64,000 nt of DNA from Candidatus Krumholzibacteriota bacterium (GTDB lineage Bacteria; Krumholzibacteriota; Krumholzibacteriia; LZORAL124-64-63), in contig JBDLKA010000001.1 of assembly GCA_039714075.1 (NCBI GenBank), forward strand, positions 96,001 through 160,000. Reading direction: 5' to 3'. The notes under the pieces were generated by a model that saw nothing but the letters and a program-made list of their open reading frames with translations, ran no database searches and was not told where the DNA came from. Position numbers and translations under genes: made by a program. Shown in pieces: positions 37,051 through 49,511 of this stretch. Numbering within the stretch: the stretch's first letter is position 1; every line of letters begins with the position of its first letter.

Positions 37051-37962
37051 CTACCGGTCCCGGTTCCACATCAATCCGGCCAGGGCGCAAAGACGGTCGC
37101 CGGCGGCGCCCGCGGGCAGCGCCTCTTCCAGGTTCCGCAGGCCGCTGCGTCCCAGGCGCAACATTCTTTTCCTCGCGGCCGCCAAGCCTTCCACCCTGAC
37201 CCAGGTGGCCTTGCCGGCGGCGACATCCTTGCCGGCGCTTTTCCCCAGTTGGGCCGTCGTCGCGGTCACATCCAGGATGTCGTCCGCCCCCTGGAAGGCC
37301 AGTCCGAGATCCAGCCCCGCCTTTTCAACCCGACCGAGGACCGTCGGCCCGCTTCCCGCGAGAAGCGCGCCACAGGAAAGGGAGGCCGCCAGCAAGCGGG
37401 CGGTCTTGTCCCGGTGGATGCGCCGGACCGAAGCCGCGGTCACCGGGGCGCCCTCGGCATCGAGATCGTTCTGCTGTCCCCCCACCATGCCCGCGGGGCC
37501 GACGGACCGTCCGACCAGGTCCACCAAAGGTCCGGCGAATTTCCCTCCGGAACGGGCCAGCACGCAAAAGGCCAGAGCCTGCAGGCCGTCACCGGCCAGG
37601 ATGGCGGTCGCCTCGTCGAAGGCCACATGGCAGGTCGGTCGTCCCCGGCGCAGATCATCGTCGTCCATGGCGGGCAGATCGTCATGAATCAGGGAATAGG
37701 TGTGCAGCATTTCCAGGGCGCAGGCCGCGTCCATGACCGACCCGCGGTCGACCGCCGACTTTTTCCCGCTCCCGGTCAGGGCATCCCATGTCCACAGGGC
37801 CAGCACGGGACGCAACCGCTTGCCGCCGCCCATCAGACTGTGCCGCATGGCGGCTTTCAACCGCGCGGGGATACCTTTTTCGCCGTTGAGCAGGCACCGC
37901 AGGTTATTCTCCACGGCCTTGCGTTCGGCTGAAAGTTCCCGCCGGAGTTCAGCCGGTTCCAT
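37051..37962 (-). CDS. ispA: Geranyltranstransferase / FPP synthase
   Basis: GGKRLRP, SLIHDDLPAMDDDDLRRG, FQ..DDILD, GKD...GK. Confidence 0.95.
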   Translation of the reverse strand: MEPAELRRELSAERKAVENNLRCLLNGEKGIPARLKAAMRHSLMGGGKRLRPVLALWTWDALTGSGKKSAVDRGSVMDAACALEMLHTYSLIHDDLPAMDDDDLRRGRPTCHVAFDEATAILAGDGLQALAFCVLARSGGKFAGPLVDLVGRSVGPAGMVGGQQNDLDAEGAPVTAASVRRIHRDKTARLLAASLSCGALLAGSGPTVLGRVEKAGLDLGLAFQGADDILDVTATTAQLGKSAGKDVAAGKATWVRVEGLAAARKRMLRLGRSGLRNLEEALPAGAAGDRLCALAGLMWNRDR

Positions 37963-38836
37963 CCAGACCCTCTTTCCTGGCCATGGCTTCCCAGGTGTTT
38001 TCCAGGAGCATGGCGATGGTCATGGGCCCCACCCCGCCCGGAACCGGGGTCAGGGCGGCGGCATGTCCCATCAGGGCGGCGGCGTCCACGTCGCCCACCA
38101 GACGGGTGCCCTTGGGACGATCGGGGGCGTCGATCCTGTTGATCCCCACATCCACGACCACGGCTCCCTTGCCTATCTCGGCTGTCCCCAGAGCCCGCGG
38201 AACCCCGATGGCGGCCACCACCACATCGGCCTCCGACGTCACCGACGCCAGGTCTCGGGTGCCGGAATGGCACATCGTGACCGTCGCGTTGCCGTCATCC
38301 CTCTTCAGGGACAAAAGCAGGCTCAAGGGGCGCCCGACGATGACGCTGCGACCCACGACCGCGACATTTTTTCCCGCCATGGGGATGTCATAGTGGGCCA
38401 ACAGGCGCAGGATCCCCTTGGGTGTACAGGGAACAAAACGGGGGTGCCCAGCCACCAGACGGCCCAGGTTTTCCGGATGGAAACCGTCGACGTCCTTGGC
38501 GGGGTCCACGGACATCAAAACCTTTTCCTGGTCCACGGTTCCGGGCAGGGGAAGCTGCACCAGGATCCCGTCGATGGCGGGGTCGGCGTTCAGTTGGGCG
38601 ATGAGATCGAGAATCTCCCCTTGGGGCGTTTCCGCAGGCAGGCGGTGCGTCACATGGTGGAAACCGACTTCATCGCAGCCCTTTTCCTTGTGCCGGACAT
38701 ACACGGCCGAAGCGGGATCCTCTCCCACCAGCACGACGGCCAGACCCGGCTGGCGGGGAGCTGCGGCCACCTTGTCCCTCAGTTCGGCAAACACGGCGTC
38801 CCTGACGGGCTTGCCCTTGAGCAGAATCGTTTCCAC
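37949..38836 (-). CDS. folD: Bifunctional methylene-THF dehydrogenase/cyclohydrolase
   Basis: GILVQLPLP, KDVDGFHP, PCTPKG, GRS.IVGRP, TPVPGGVGPMT; GTG start. Confidence 0.96.
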   Translation of the reverse strand: METILLKGKPVRDAVFAELRDKVAAAPRQPGLAVVLVGEDPASAVYVRHKEKGCDEVGFHHVTHRLPAETPQGEILDLIAQLNADPAIDGILVQLPLPGTVDQEKVLMSVDPAKDVDGFHPENLGRLVAGHPRFVPCTPKGILRLLAHYDIPMAGKNVAVVGRSVIVGRPLSLLLSLKRDDGNATVTMCHSGTRDLASVTSEADVVVAAIGVPRALGTAEIGKGAVVVDVGINRIDAPDRPKGTRLVGDVDAAALMGHAAALTPVPGGVGPMTIAMLLENTWEAMARKEGLDGTG

Positions 38837-38846
38837 TGTCGTCCCC

Positions 38847-40409
38847 CTATTTGGCGAAGGAAGTCGCCCTGGTTTCGCGGATGACCATGATCTTGATCTG
38901 ACCCGGATATTCGAGTTCGCCCTCGATCCGCCGGCTGACCTCCTCGGCCAGCATGGCGGCGTCCGCGTCGGACACCTTGTTGTGATTGACCAGCACCCTG
39001 ACTTCGCGACCGGCCTGGATGGCGTAGGACTTTTCGACCCCGTCGAAACTGTCGGCGATCTCCTCCAGGTTTTCCAGCCGCTGGACGTAGGTCTCCACGC
39101 TTTCACGCCGGGCGCCCGGCCGGGACGCGGACACGGCGTCCGCCGCCGAGGTGATGAAGGTGTAGGGCGAGGTCGCCTCCACGTCCTGATGATGCCCGCC
39201 AACGGCATTGATCACCGTCTCGTTCTCGCCGAACTTCTTGCACAACCGGGCCCCGATGACCGCGTGGGGACCTTCCACCTCGTGGTCGGCGGCCTTGCCG
39301 ATGTCGTGGAAAAATCCACACCGGCGGGCCAGACGCTGATCCAGTCCCAACTCCCCGGCGACAACGCCAGCCACCGCGGCGACCTCCGCGGAATGCTTGA
39401 GCAGGTTCTGGCCGTAGCTGGTCCGGTAGTTCAGGCGGCCCACATAATAGTAGAGTTCCGCGTTCACGCTCTGGAGCCCCAGATCCAGGCAGGCCTGCTC
39501 CCCGGTCTCCAGGATCTTTTCGTGCATTTCCCTGCTGGTCTTGGCGACCACTTCCTCGATCCGCCCCGGATGGATGCGCCCGTCGTGGATGAGAATCTCC
39601 AGCGCCTGCCGGGCCACTTCCCGCCGCACGGGATCGAAGCCGGAAACGATGACGGCGCCCGGAGTGTCGTCGATGATCAGGTCCACCCCGGTGGCCAGTT
39701 CGAAGGCCCGGATGTTCCGGCCCTCGCGGCCGATGATCCGCCCCTTCATTTCGTCGTTGGGCAGGTCGACCACCGAAATGGTCCGCTCGGCCACATGTTC
39801 GGAAGCGTAACGCTGGATGGCCAGGCTGAGAATCTTGATCGCCTCGCGGCGGGATGAGCGGTCGGTATCCTCCCGCACCTGCTGGATGCTTTTGGCCGCG
39901 GCCAGACGGGCCGCTCCGACCATGTTCTCCATCAGTTGCTGCCTGGCGTGGTCGGCGGACATGCCGGCGACCTGCTCCAGCTTGGTGTTCTGTTCGGCGA
40001 GCAGGCCGGACAACCTCTGCCGGTCCCGGTCCATTTCCCCCTGCCGGCTTCTCAGGTTCTCGTCCAGCTGATCCAGACGGCTTTCCTTCTGGTCGATGAA
40101 GGCGACCTTCTTGTTGAGGTTGTCCTCCCGGTTGTCCAGGGTCTCCTGGCGCCTCGCGCTTTCGGTGCGGATTCTATCGGTTTCCTGGTCGAAACGGGAC
40201 CGGGCCTGGTAGAACTCTTCCTTGGCCTCGAGTTTGGCGGCTTTGAGCAGGTCGGAGGCCTCCTTGCGGGCATCCTCCAGCAACTTCTCCCGCACCTGGC
40301 CGGCCTGGCCGTGAAGTTTTTCATAGCGGATCCTGAACGCGATCCAGCCCAACAGGAAAAAAAGAACCGCGGCGGCAATGACATAGGCATACGCCGGAAC
40401 CTGCGGCAT
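38847..40409 (-). CDS. rny: Ribonuclease Y
   Basis: TM anchor, coiled coil, KH domain (KGRIIGREGRNIR), HD domain (HDIGK), YAIQAGRE. Confidence 0.97.
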   Translation of the reverse strand: MPQVPAYAYVIAAAVLFFLLGWIAFRIRYEKLHGQAGQVREKLLEDARKEASDLLKAAKLEAKEEFYQARSRFDQETDRIRTESARRQETLDNREDNLNKKVAFIDQKESRLDQLDENLRSRQGEMDRDRQRLSGLLAEQNTKLEQVAGMSADHARQQLMENMVGAARLAAAKSIQQVREDTDRSSRREAIKILSLAIQRYASEHVAERTISVVDLPNDEMKGRIIGREGRNIRAFELATGVDLIIDDTPGAVIVSGFDPVRREVARQALEILIHDGRIHPGRIEEVVAKTSREMHEKILETGEQACLDLGLQSVNAELYYYVGRLNYRTSYGQNLLKHSAEVAAVAGVVAGELGLDQRLARRCGFFHDIGKAADHEVEGPHAVIGARLCKKFGENETVINAVGGHHQDVEATSPYTFITSAADAVSASRPGARRESVETYVQRLENLEEIADSFDGVEKSYAIQAGREVRVLVNHNKVSDADAAMLAEEVSRRIEGELEYPGQIKIMVIRETRATSFAK

Positions 40410-40477
40410 GGTCACTCCTTCCCGGGTTATGGAGCTGTCAGGAAGAAAACGGAGGCGTTGATCCGAAGCCGGTGGTC

Positions 40478-40650
40478 GACCCCGCCCGGTCGTGTGAGCC
40501 GGAAGCAACTGAACCGTGTTGCTCCAGGTGGGTCACCTGTTCCGGCATTCAATCTTCCCGTTAGGGCATGATATCGGGCCGAAAACTCCGGTAACCCCTT
40601 AACGAAGTGTTGGCTCACTTGTACGACACATCACGTGCCGGGCAGGGAAT
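40478..40650 (-). ncRNA. ssrS: 6S RNA (ends approximate)
   Basis: Canonical zapA-6S-rny position; ends pair (CCCTGCCCGG...CGTG / CACG..CCGGGCGGGG), inner GTGAGCC/GGCTCAC stem, GAGCCAAC and GGTTCA bubble motifs. Confidence 0.85.
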
Positions 40651-40960
40651 CACCACCATTTCGAGCGGTGCGGTCTTCCCCGACTTCCTTGATCAGCAGC
40701 CGGGTCAGGTGGGTTGTTCTATCTTCGAGCGAGGCCGTGGTTTCCATGCGTTTCTGTTGTTCTCGCAACAACTCGTCGGCGATATTGACGGCTGCCAGAA
40801 TGGCAACCCGGTCGGTGGAAACAACGGCGGCACCTTTGGCGACCTCGTTCATTCGTTTATCAACGAAAGCCGCAACTTCTTGAACATACTCGGCATCGTC
40901 GCCACCCTTGAGGGTGTACTCCTTGCCGAAGATTGTGACTGTCACGCTCTCAGGTTCCAA
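40631..40960 (-). CDS. zapA: Cell division protein ZapA
   Basis: VTVTIFGKEY...VA..VD.RM...AILAAVNIADE; probable TTG start. Confidence 0.88.
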   Translation of the reverse strand: MEPESVTVTIFGKEYTLKGGDDAEYVQEVAAFVDKRMNEVAKGAAVVSTDRVAILAAVNIADELLREQQKRMETTASLEDRTTHLTRLLIKEVGEDRTARNGGDSLPGT

Positions 40961-41010
40961 CTCGGACCGCTTCCCGCTAAAAGCCGGCTTCAGCCCCGGC
41001 AGACCATCGG

Positions 41011-41280
41011 TTAACCGATGGCCTCCAGTTTCTGAAGCAGATCTCCGACCTTGTCCTCGATTTCCTTCCTCTTCTGCTCGTAAACCTCGACGTTCTCCGC
41101 CTGCTGGCGGGAATCGCCGAGTTCGTGATTCAATCGGTTGTTCGCATCCTCGAGTTCGGTATTGATGGCTTCCAGCTCGTCGCAGCGACCGCTGAGACGG
41201 GTGTTTTCCGCCCTCAAGTCCTTGATCAGCGCCACGGCCTCCAGGACCTTGGCCTCGAGGATGTTGAGATTGCTGTCCAT
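41011..41280 (-). CDS. Coiled-coil protein, ZapB-like
   Basis: LE.KV..AV.LI..LR.EN heptads; lies between pheT and zapA. Confidence 0.75.
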   Translation of the reverse strand: MDSNLNILEAKVLEAVALIKDLRAENTRLSGRCDELEAINTELEDANNRLNHELGDSRQQAENVEVYEQKRKEIEDKVGDLLQKLEAIG

Positions 41281-41362
41281 TGAGGTGTCCGCTCTCTTCC
41301 TTGATCCCGGTCATCCTGAAACATCTTGAATGGGGACCGATCCGGATATGTATGCCCGGAAA

Positions 41363-43821
<2,459 letters not shown>

Positions 43822-43825
<4 letters not shown>

Positions 43826-44847
43826 AACACACCTCGGAATTGGTTCAGGAAACGCAGATCGTTTTCATAGAGCAGCCGGATGTCGCCGATCCCGTATTTC
43901 AACATGGCGATCCGGTCGATACCCATGCCGAAGGCGAATCCGGTGTAGACATCATCGGGGTATCCGGCGGCCTTGAAGACGTTCGGGTGCACCATGCCCG
44001 CCCCCATGATCTCCAGCCAGCCCGTCTGCCCGCACACCCCGCAGCCGGAGCCGCGGCAGGCCACGCACTGCATGTCAACTTCGACCGACGGCTCGGTGAA
44101 GGGGAAGTAGTGGGGACGGAAGCGGGTGGGTTCCTCGGCACCGAAGAAGTTGCGGACGAAGGTGTCGACCGTGTCCTTCAGGTCCGCCATGCTGACGGCC
44201 TTGTCCACCACCAGTCCTTCGATCTGGTAGAACTCAGAACTGTGGGAAGCGTCGGCATTTTCGTTGCGGTAGACGCGGCCGGGAAAAATGCAGGCCAGGG
44301 GCGGTTCGTTCCGCTCCATGGTCCGGACCTGGACCGGAGAAGTCTGCGTGCGCAGACAGATCTTGGGATCGATGTAGAAGGTGTCCTGGATATCCCGGGC
44401 CGGATGATCGTCGGGAAAATTCAGGGCCGTGAAATTGTAGTAGTCCAACTCCACTTCCGGGCCGTCGTCCCGCGTGAATCCCATCCCGTAGAAGATGTCG
44501 CAGATGGATTCCAGCACCGACAAAAGGGGATGGTTCGTCCCCCCGGATGTCGGCGGAACACCCGGCAGGGTCAGGTCGCCCACCATGGCCGTCGCGAATC
44601 CGCCGCCGCCGATTTCGCCCAGCCGGCTGTCCAGCAGGGCGGTCAGGTCCACCTTCAGGAGGTTCAGTTCGGCGCCCATCGCGGGCCGGTCCGCGGGATC
44701 CACATCCTTCAGGCCGCGCAGCAGGGAGGTTATCTCCCCCTTGCGGCCCAGCAAAGCCACCCGGATGGTTTCGATATCGGACTCGGTTTCAGCGGCCTTG
44801 ATCCGCTCGAGGCCTTCGGACCTGAGTCGGTCGATGGTCTCCTTCAT
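43822..44847 (-). CDS. pheS: Phenylalanine-tRNA ligase alpha subunit
   Basis: HPARD.QDTFY, LRTQTSPVQ, FPFTEPS, GFAFGMG.DR. Confidence 0.97.
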
Positions 44848-44942
44848 GTCAGGATCCCCTCTGCCGGGAGGTCCCGGCATGGTGGTTGAACCAGGATGCA
44901 CATTTCCGCCCCTCGGAGCACGGGCCCCGCAACCCTATCGGA

Positions 44943-45296
44943 TCAAAGAGCGCCCTTGGCGGCCTCGGCCAACTTGTTGAAAGCGGGGGCATCGTGGACA
45001 GCCAGGTCAGCCAGCATCTTCCGATCGATATCGATCTCGGCCTTCTTCAAGCCGTTGATGAAATGGCTGTAGCTCAGGCCGTTCAACCGGGCGGCCGCGT
45101 TGATGCGGGTGATCCACAACCGGCGAAAATCGCGCTTCTTGTTGCGGCGATCCCGGTAGGCGTAGGCCAGGGCGCGGTCCACGGTTTCCCGGGCGGCGAT
45201 GTACTGGTTGCTTTTGCCGCCGACAAAACCCTTGGCCCTCTTCAGATACTTCTTCCGGCGCGCCTTGGCGGCAGGATTGTTTGTTGCTCTTGGCAT
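44943..45296 (-). CDS. rplT: 50S ribosomal protein L20
   Basis: [36 protein letters not shown]. Confidence 0.98.
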   Translation of the reverse strand: MPRATNNPAAKARRKKYLKRAKGFVGGKSNQYIAARETVDRALAYAYRDRRNKKRDFRRLWITRINAAARLNGLSYSHFINGLKKAEIDIDRKMLADLAVHDAPAFNKLAEAAKGAL

Positions 45297-45397
45297 TTCA
45301 TTGCCTCCTCTATCTCGGCCCCGTCAGGATGTTTCAGGAAATCGTTTCAGGAATTCCCAGGGACCGGACCACTTGGTTTCAGGTTATTTTCCCAGCC

Positions 45398-45595
45398 CTA
45401 TTTGCCCAGCATCTTGCGGGCCCGGGCTTCGTCACTGGGGGCCAGCAGGCCGCCCTTGCGCAGATTCCGCAGCCGCTTGGGGCTTTTGGCGGTGAAGAGG
45501 TGGCCGTGGAAGGCCTTGCTTCTCTTGATCCGTCCGCTGCCGGTAAGCTTGAAACGCTTGGCGGCCGCACGGTTGGTTTTCATCTTGTTGCCCAT
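45398..45595 (-). CDS. rpmI: 50S ribosomal protein L35
   Basis: [18 protein letters not shown]. Confidence 0.96.
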   Translation of the reverse strand: MGNKMKTNRAAAKRFKLTGSGRIKRSKAFHGHLFTAKSPKRLRNLRKGGLLAPSDEARARKMLGK

Positions 45596-45735
45596 GGTTT
45601 TGCCTCTCTATTCCTCACTGATTCCTGACTTGATTCATGAACGCACTGAATGGATCGACCCACGCTTCCGCAGGAAGCGAAGGGGATCATTCCGGCCGCC
45701 CGCCGACCGATCTTCTGGATCCGGTCCGGCTTCTA

Positions 45736-46257
45736 CTAGCGGGCTTTTTTCGGAGCGATGACGAACGTGATCAACCGGCCTTCCCTCTTGGGCAGGGATT
45801 CCGGAGTCCCGAACTCTTCCACCTCGCCGATGAGGTGTTTCAGGAACTCCATGGCCAGGTCCAGGTGGGAAATTTCCCGCCCCCGGAACCGCATGACCAC
45901 CTTCACCTTGTGTCCCGCTTCAAGAAAAGTGACGATGTGCTTTTTCTTGAACTCGTAATCGTGATCGTCGGTCTTGGGCCGGAACTGGATCGTCTTGACC
46001 TTGACCGTGTGGGACGCCTGCTTGGCCTTCTTGGCCTTCTTGGCCTGTTCATACTTGAACTTGCCGTAATCCATGATCTTGCATACCGGCGGACGGGCGG
46101 TCGGCGCCACCTCCACCAGGTCGAGTCCCCTGTCCTCGGCGATCGCGATCGCCTCGTTGGTCTCGAGAACACCCAGCTGTTCTCCGTCTTCATCGACGAC
46201 CATGACCCGGGGAATCCTGATCATCCGGTTGACCCTGGTCAACTTGCTGTCCTTGAT
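45736..46257 (-). CDS. infC: Translation initiation factor IF-3 (non-canonical ATC start)
   Basis: LDLVEVAP.A.PPVCKIMDYGKFKYE, FRGRE; GGAGGT RBS 7 nt before an in-frame ATC at 46257. Confidence 0.95.
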   Translation of the reverse strand: MKDSKLTRVNRMIRIPRVMVVDEDGEQLGVLETNEAIAIAEDRGLDLVEVAPTARPPVCKIMDYGKFKYEQAKKAKKAKQASHTVKVKTIQFRPKTDDHDYEFKKKHIVTFLEAGHKVKVVMRFRGREISHLDLAMEFLKHLIGEVEEFGTPESLPKREGRLITFVIAPKKAR

Positions 46258-46332
46258 AGTCTCTACCTCCCTTTTGGGATGAATAAATCCCGAAGCCGTA
46301 TCCGCCCGCCCTGCATAAAAACCGTCAGGCAC

Positions 46333-46460
46333 AAAAAAAGCGGACACATTGGTCCGCCACAGGCCTTTCCAGGCACCGGGTGTATAACCGCTCCGTCCTC
46401 TGCAAGTCCAGCGGGACTTTCAGGGCCAGCTACGGTGAGAGGGCGGACCTCTTCTTGGAT
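46333..46460 (-). promoter_or_regulatory. L20-leader-like attenuator upstream of infC-rpmI-rplT
   Basis: 5' GAGGTCCGCCCTCTCACC; terminator GCGGAC-CAATGT-GTCCGC-T7; 5' GGTCCGCC can pair with GGCGGACC of the terminator arm. Confidence 0.7.
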
Positions 46461-46510
46461 TCGCTGCAGGGGATTACCCAGCCCCTGCCGCGTTGGAATA
46501 GCTGTATATA

Positions 46511-48430
46511 CTAGGTCTTGTTCCTGACCGCGTCAAGGATATCCTGGGCGACCTGGTCCACTTTCCTGGCCCCCTGATCCCCCTGATGCCGTATTCTGAG
46601 CGCAACTTCGCCGTTTTCGGCCTCCCGGCCGCCCACGACCAGCATCCAGGGCACCCGCAGCACTTCGGCCTCGCGGATCTTGAAACCGATTTTCTCGTCC
46701 CGAACATCTTCTCCGACCCGTATTCCGCTTTCCCGCAGCCTGGCGGCTACGGACCGGGCGTATTCGTGCTGGTCCCGGCTGACGGACAGTACCCGGACCT
46801 GTTCGGGAGCCAGCCACAGCGGGAAGTCACCCGCGAAGTGTTCGGTCAATATCCCGATGAACCGTTCCAGCGAACCCATGATGGCCCGGTGCACCATGTA
46901 GACATAACGGTCCTGGCCGTCGCTGTCGGTGTAGGTCACGTTGAAGCGCCGGGGCAGGTTGAAGTCGAACTGGATGGTGCTGGTCTGCCACCGGCGGCCG
47001 ATGGCGTCGATGAGTTTGACATCGATCTTGGGACCGTAGAAAACAGCCTCACCCTCTTCGCGCGTGTAGTCGAGACCGTGTTTACCCAGGGCCTTGATCA
47101 GCGAAGCTTCGGCGGCGTCCCACTCCTCGTCGGTGCCGGCGTACTTGCCCTTGTTTTCCGGATCCCGGACCGACAGCTCCACCTTGAAGTCGTCGAACCC
47201 GAAGGCCCCCATGATCTCCTTCACCAGGTCGATGCACAGGCACACTTCGTCCTCGAGCTGTTCGGGCGTGCAGAAGTGGTGGGCGTCGTCCTGGGTGAAT
47301 CCGCGCACGCGCATCAGGCCGTGCAGGGTTCCCTTGAGCTCGGCCCGGTAGACGGTGCCCAGTTCCGCGTAACGGACCGGCAGGCTGCGGTAGCCGCGGG
47401 TCTTACGCTGGAACATCAGGATGTGCCCCGGACAGTTCATGGGCTTGACGACGTAGGAACGTTCGTCCTGCTCGAAGACGTACATGTCGTCCTTGTAGAA
47501 CTCCATGTGGCCTGAAGTCTCCCACAGGCCCGCCTGGGAAATATGCGGCGTCGTCACGGTCTGGTAACCGTTGCGGCGGTGAATGCCCTTCCAGTAGTCG
47601 ATGATCTGCTCACGCAGGATGTCGCCGCGGGGAAACCAGTAGGACAGCCCGGGTCCGGCATCGTCCATGATCCCGAACAGGTCCAGCTCCCGGCCCAGCT
47701 TGCGGTGGTCCCGCTTCTTGGCCTCTTCCAGCATTTCCAGATGGGCGTCCAGATCCTTCTTCTTGAAAAAACCCGTCCCGTAGATGCGCTGCAGCATGGG
47801 CTGGCTGCTGTCGCCCCGCCAGTAGGCGCCGGCCACGCTGAGCAGCTTGAAGGCCTTCAGGTCCTTGGTGTCGGGAACGTGCGGACCTTCGCACAAGTCC
47901 CGGAACTCCCCCATCCCGTAGACGGAAAGCTGCTCGTCACCCAGGGAGGCGATCTGCTCCAGCTTGTAGGGCTGGTCGCTGAACATCTTTTCGGCTTCCT
48001 GCCGGCTGACTTCCCGGCGCTCGATGGCGACCTTCTGCTTCGCCAGTTCGCGCATGCGCTTTTCGATGCTCTCGAGTTCCGCTTCGGTGAAGGGGTCTTC
48101 CCGGTCGAAGTCGTAGTAGAAACCGTTTTCGATGTCGGGACCGAAGGCGAACTTCACACCCGGAAAAAGATCCTGGACGGCCCACGCCATCAGGTGCGCC
48201 GTCGAATGACGCAACGTCGCCAGGCCTTCATCCGCCCCGCGGGTGATGACCAGCATCTCCCCCCCGGTCGTGACCTTTTCCACCAGGGGATGATGAACAC
48301 CGTCGACGGTCACGGCCAGGGCGCTGCGGTACAGGCCCTCGCCTATCTGCCGCACCGCGTCGCCATACGTCTGACCTTCTTCGATCTGCAGGGAATTCCC
48401 GTCCGGCAGTTTCAGCGACAGTTCCGACAT
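46511..48430 (-). CDS. thrS: Threonine-tRNA ligase
   Basis: TGS domain, HSTAHLMA, DLCEGPHV, RDHRKLG, KPMNCP, RVRGFTQDDAH, FYGPKID. Confidence 0.98.
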   Translation of the reverse strand: MSELSLKLPDGNSLQIEEGQTYGDAVRQIGEGLYRSALAVTVDGVHHPLVEKVTTGGEMLVITRGADEGLATLRHSTAHLMAWAVQDLFPGVKFAFGPDIENGFYYDFDREDPFTEAELESIEKRMRELAKQKVAIERREVSRQEAEKMFSDQPYKLEQIASLGDEQLSVYGMGEFRDLCEGPHVPDTKDLKAFKLLSVAGAYWRGDSSQPMLQRIYGTGFFKKKDLDAHLEMLEEAKKRDHRKLGRELDLFGIMDDAGPGLSYWFPRGDILREQIIDYWKGIHRRNGYQTVTTPHISQAGLWETSGHMEFYKDDMYVFEQDERSYVVKPMNCPGHILMFQRKTRGYRSLPVRYAELGTVYRAELKGTLHGLMRVRGFTQDDAHHFCTPEQLEDEVCLCIDLVKEIMGAFGFDDFKVELSVRDPENKGKYAGTDEEWDAAEASLIKALGKHGLDYTREEGEAVFYGPKIDVKLIDAIGRRWQTSTIQFDFNLPRRFNVTYTDSDGQDRYVYMVHRAIMGSLERFIGILTEHFAGDFPLWLAPEQVRVLSVSRDQHEYARSVAARLRESGIRVGEDVRDEKIGFKIREAEVLRVPWMLVVGGREAENGEVALRIRHQGDQGARKVDQVAQDILDAVRNKT

Positions 48431-48649
48431 CTGTGATCATCCATCCTCGGCTGATGTGGCGGGAAATCCCGAATCCCCACGCCACCGTCCCAATTGGCAG
48501 TAAGATGGCCAATCTACACGCGGCTCAGGGGTCAGGCAAGTCATAGGTCCCGATTTTCGGCCTTCAATTCAAAGCGGCGCGCGCGGAAAGGGGAAATCTC
48601 CTTGATTGCAACCAACTGGGCGCCTCTAAACGGAAATATAAGGATTAAG

Positions 48650-48678
48650 TTGACCAAATATTCGATTTTTGATAATAT
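48650..48678 (+). promoter_or_regulatory. Putative sigma70 promoter of paralog copy 3
   Basis: TTGACC-17nt-TAATAT with extended -10 TG. Confidence 0.5.
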
Positions 48679-48723
48679 TCTCGTATTCGCCCATTACTCA
48701 AGGTTACAACTTAGGGGTTAACA

Positions 48724-49335
48724 ATGAAAAAGATGGTAATCCTCGCCCTGGTCAGCTTGGTCGCAACTTCCGCATTCGCCGTTCTGGATCCCGATGACAA
48801 CATGATGGGGGTCTACTTCGACACAATCGCTGAAAGCAATTGCCTGACCACCCCGGCCAGCGTCCCTTTCAACGCCTACATCATCCTCACCAACACCACC
48901 GCGCCTTCCATCAATGCCTACGAGTTGGGCCTTGATGTGGTGGTTCCGGCCGGTATGGAAGGCATGATCTTCCGTCTGGCTTCCAACATCGCCGACTTGG
49001 TTGTCGCTGGTGTCGATGTAGGAACCAATGGCCCCTTGGGCGGCGATTTCATCGTCGGCCTGGCCGCTCCGCTTCCGGCACAGGAAGCTGTTATTCTGCA
49101 CTCGTTCCAGTACATGCTGCTGGCCGTGATGCCTGTGGAAATCTTCATCGGCGCTTCCTCGGCTCCTTCCATCCCGGGTGATTTCCCCGTGGTGCAGAAT
49201 GCCGTAGGTTCCATTCTGATGCAGGTCGGACAGTCGACCGGCGGACCGGATGTGGCTGTCGCCACCATCAACACCGGTTGTGTTGTTGGTGTCGAAGAAG
49301 CAAGCTTCGGCAGCGTCAAGAGCCTGTTCCGGTAA
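48724..49335 (+). CDS. Secreted protein, paralog family copy 3
   Basis: Signal peptide MKKMVILALVSLVATSAFA; shared core; tail VEEASFGSVKSLFR. Confidence 0.92.
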   Translation: MKKMVILALVSLVATSAFAVLDPDDNMMGVYFDTIAESNCLTTPASVPFNAYIILTNTTAPSINAYELGLDVVVPAGMEGMIFRLASNIADLVVAGVDVGTNGPLGGDFIVGLAAPLPAQEAVILHSFQYMLLAVMPVEIFIGASSAPSIPGDFPVVQNAVGSILMQVGQSTGGPDVAVATINTGCVVGVEEASFGSVKSLFR

Positions 49336-49374
49336 ACGGGTATGACTTGACGTCCACTAGGGGCGAATAAAGAC

Positions 49375-49408
49375 GGGGCCTGCTGTTTCAGCAGGCCCCT
49401 CTTTTTTT
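49375..49408 (+). terminator. Intrinsic terminator after copy 3
   Basis: GGGGCCTGCTG-TTT-CAGCAGGCCCC then T-run. Confidence 0.85.
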
Positions 49409-49439
49409 CACCCCAATGGCGTTTCAACACCTGTGGCCG

Positions 49440-49467
49440 TAGACAAGACCCCGTTTTCTGATATACT
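49440..49467 (+). promoter_or_regulatory. Putative promoter of copy 4
   Basis: TAGACA-16nt-TATACT with extended -10 TG; block duplicated at 50228-50255. Confidence 0.65.
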
Positions 49468-49511
49468 CCAATCAATTGCATGTGCTAAATATTTTATGGA
49501 AGGTGAAACTA

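Noticed and set aside
37949..41314. N-terminally extended FolD (419 aa), Rny (553 aa) and ZapA (227 aa) ORF calls as fusion proteins
   Set aside because: The extensions overlap upstream genes or the 6S RNA; internal starts give normal lengths.
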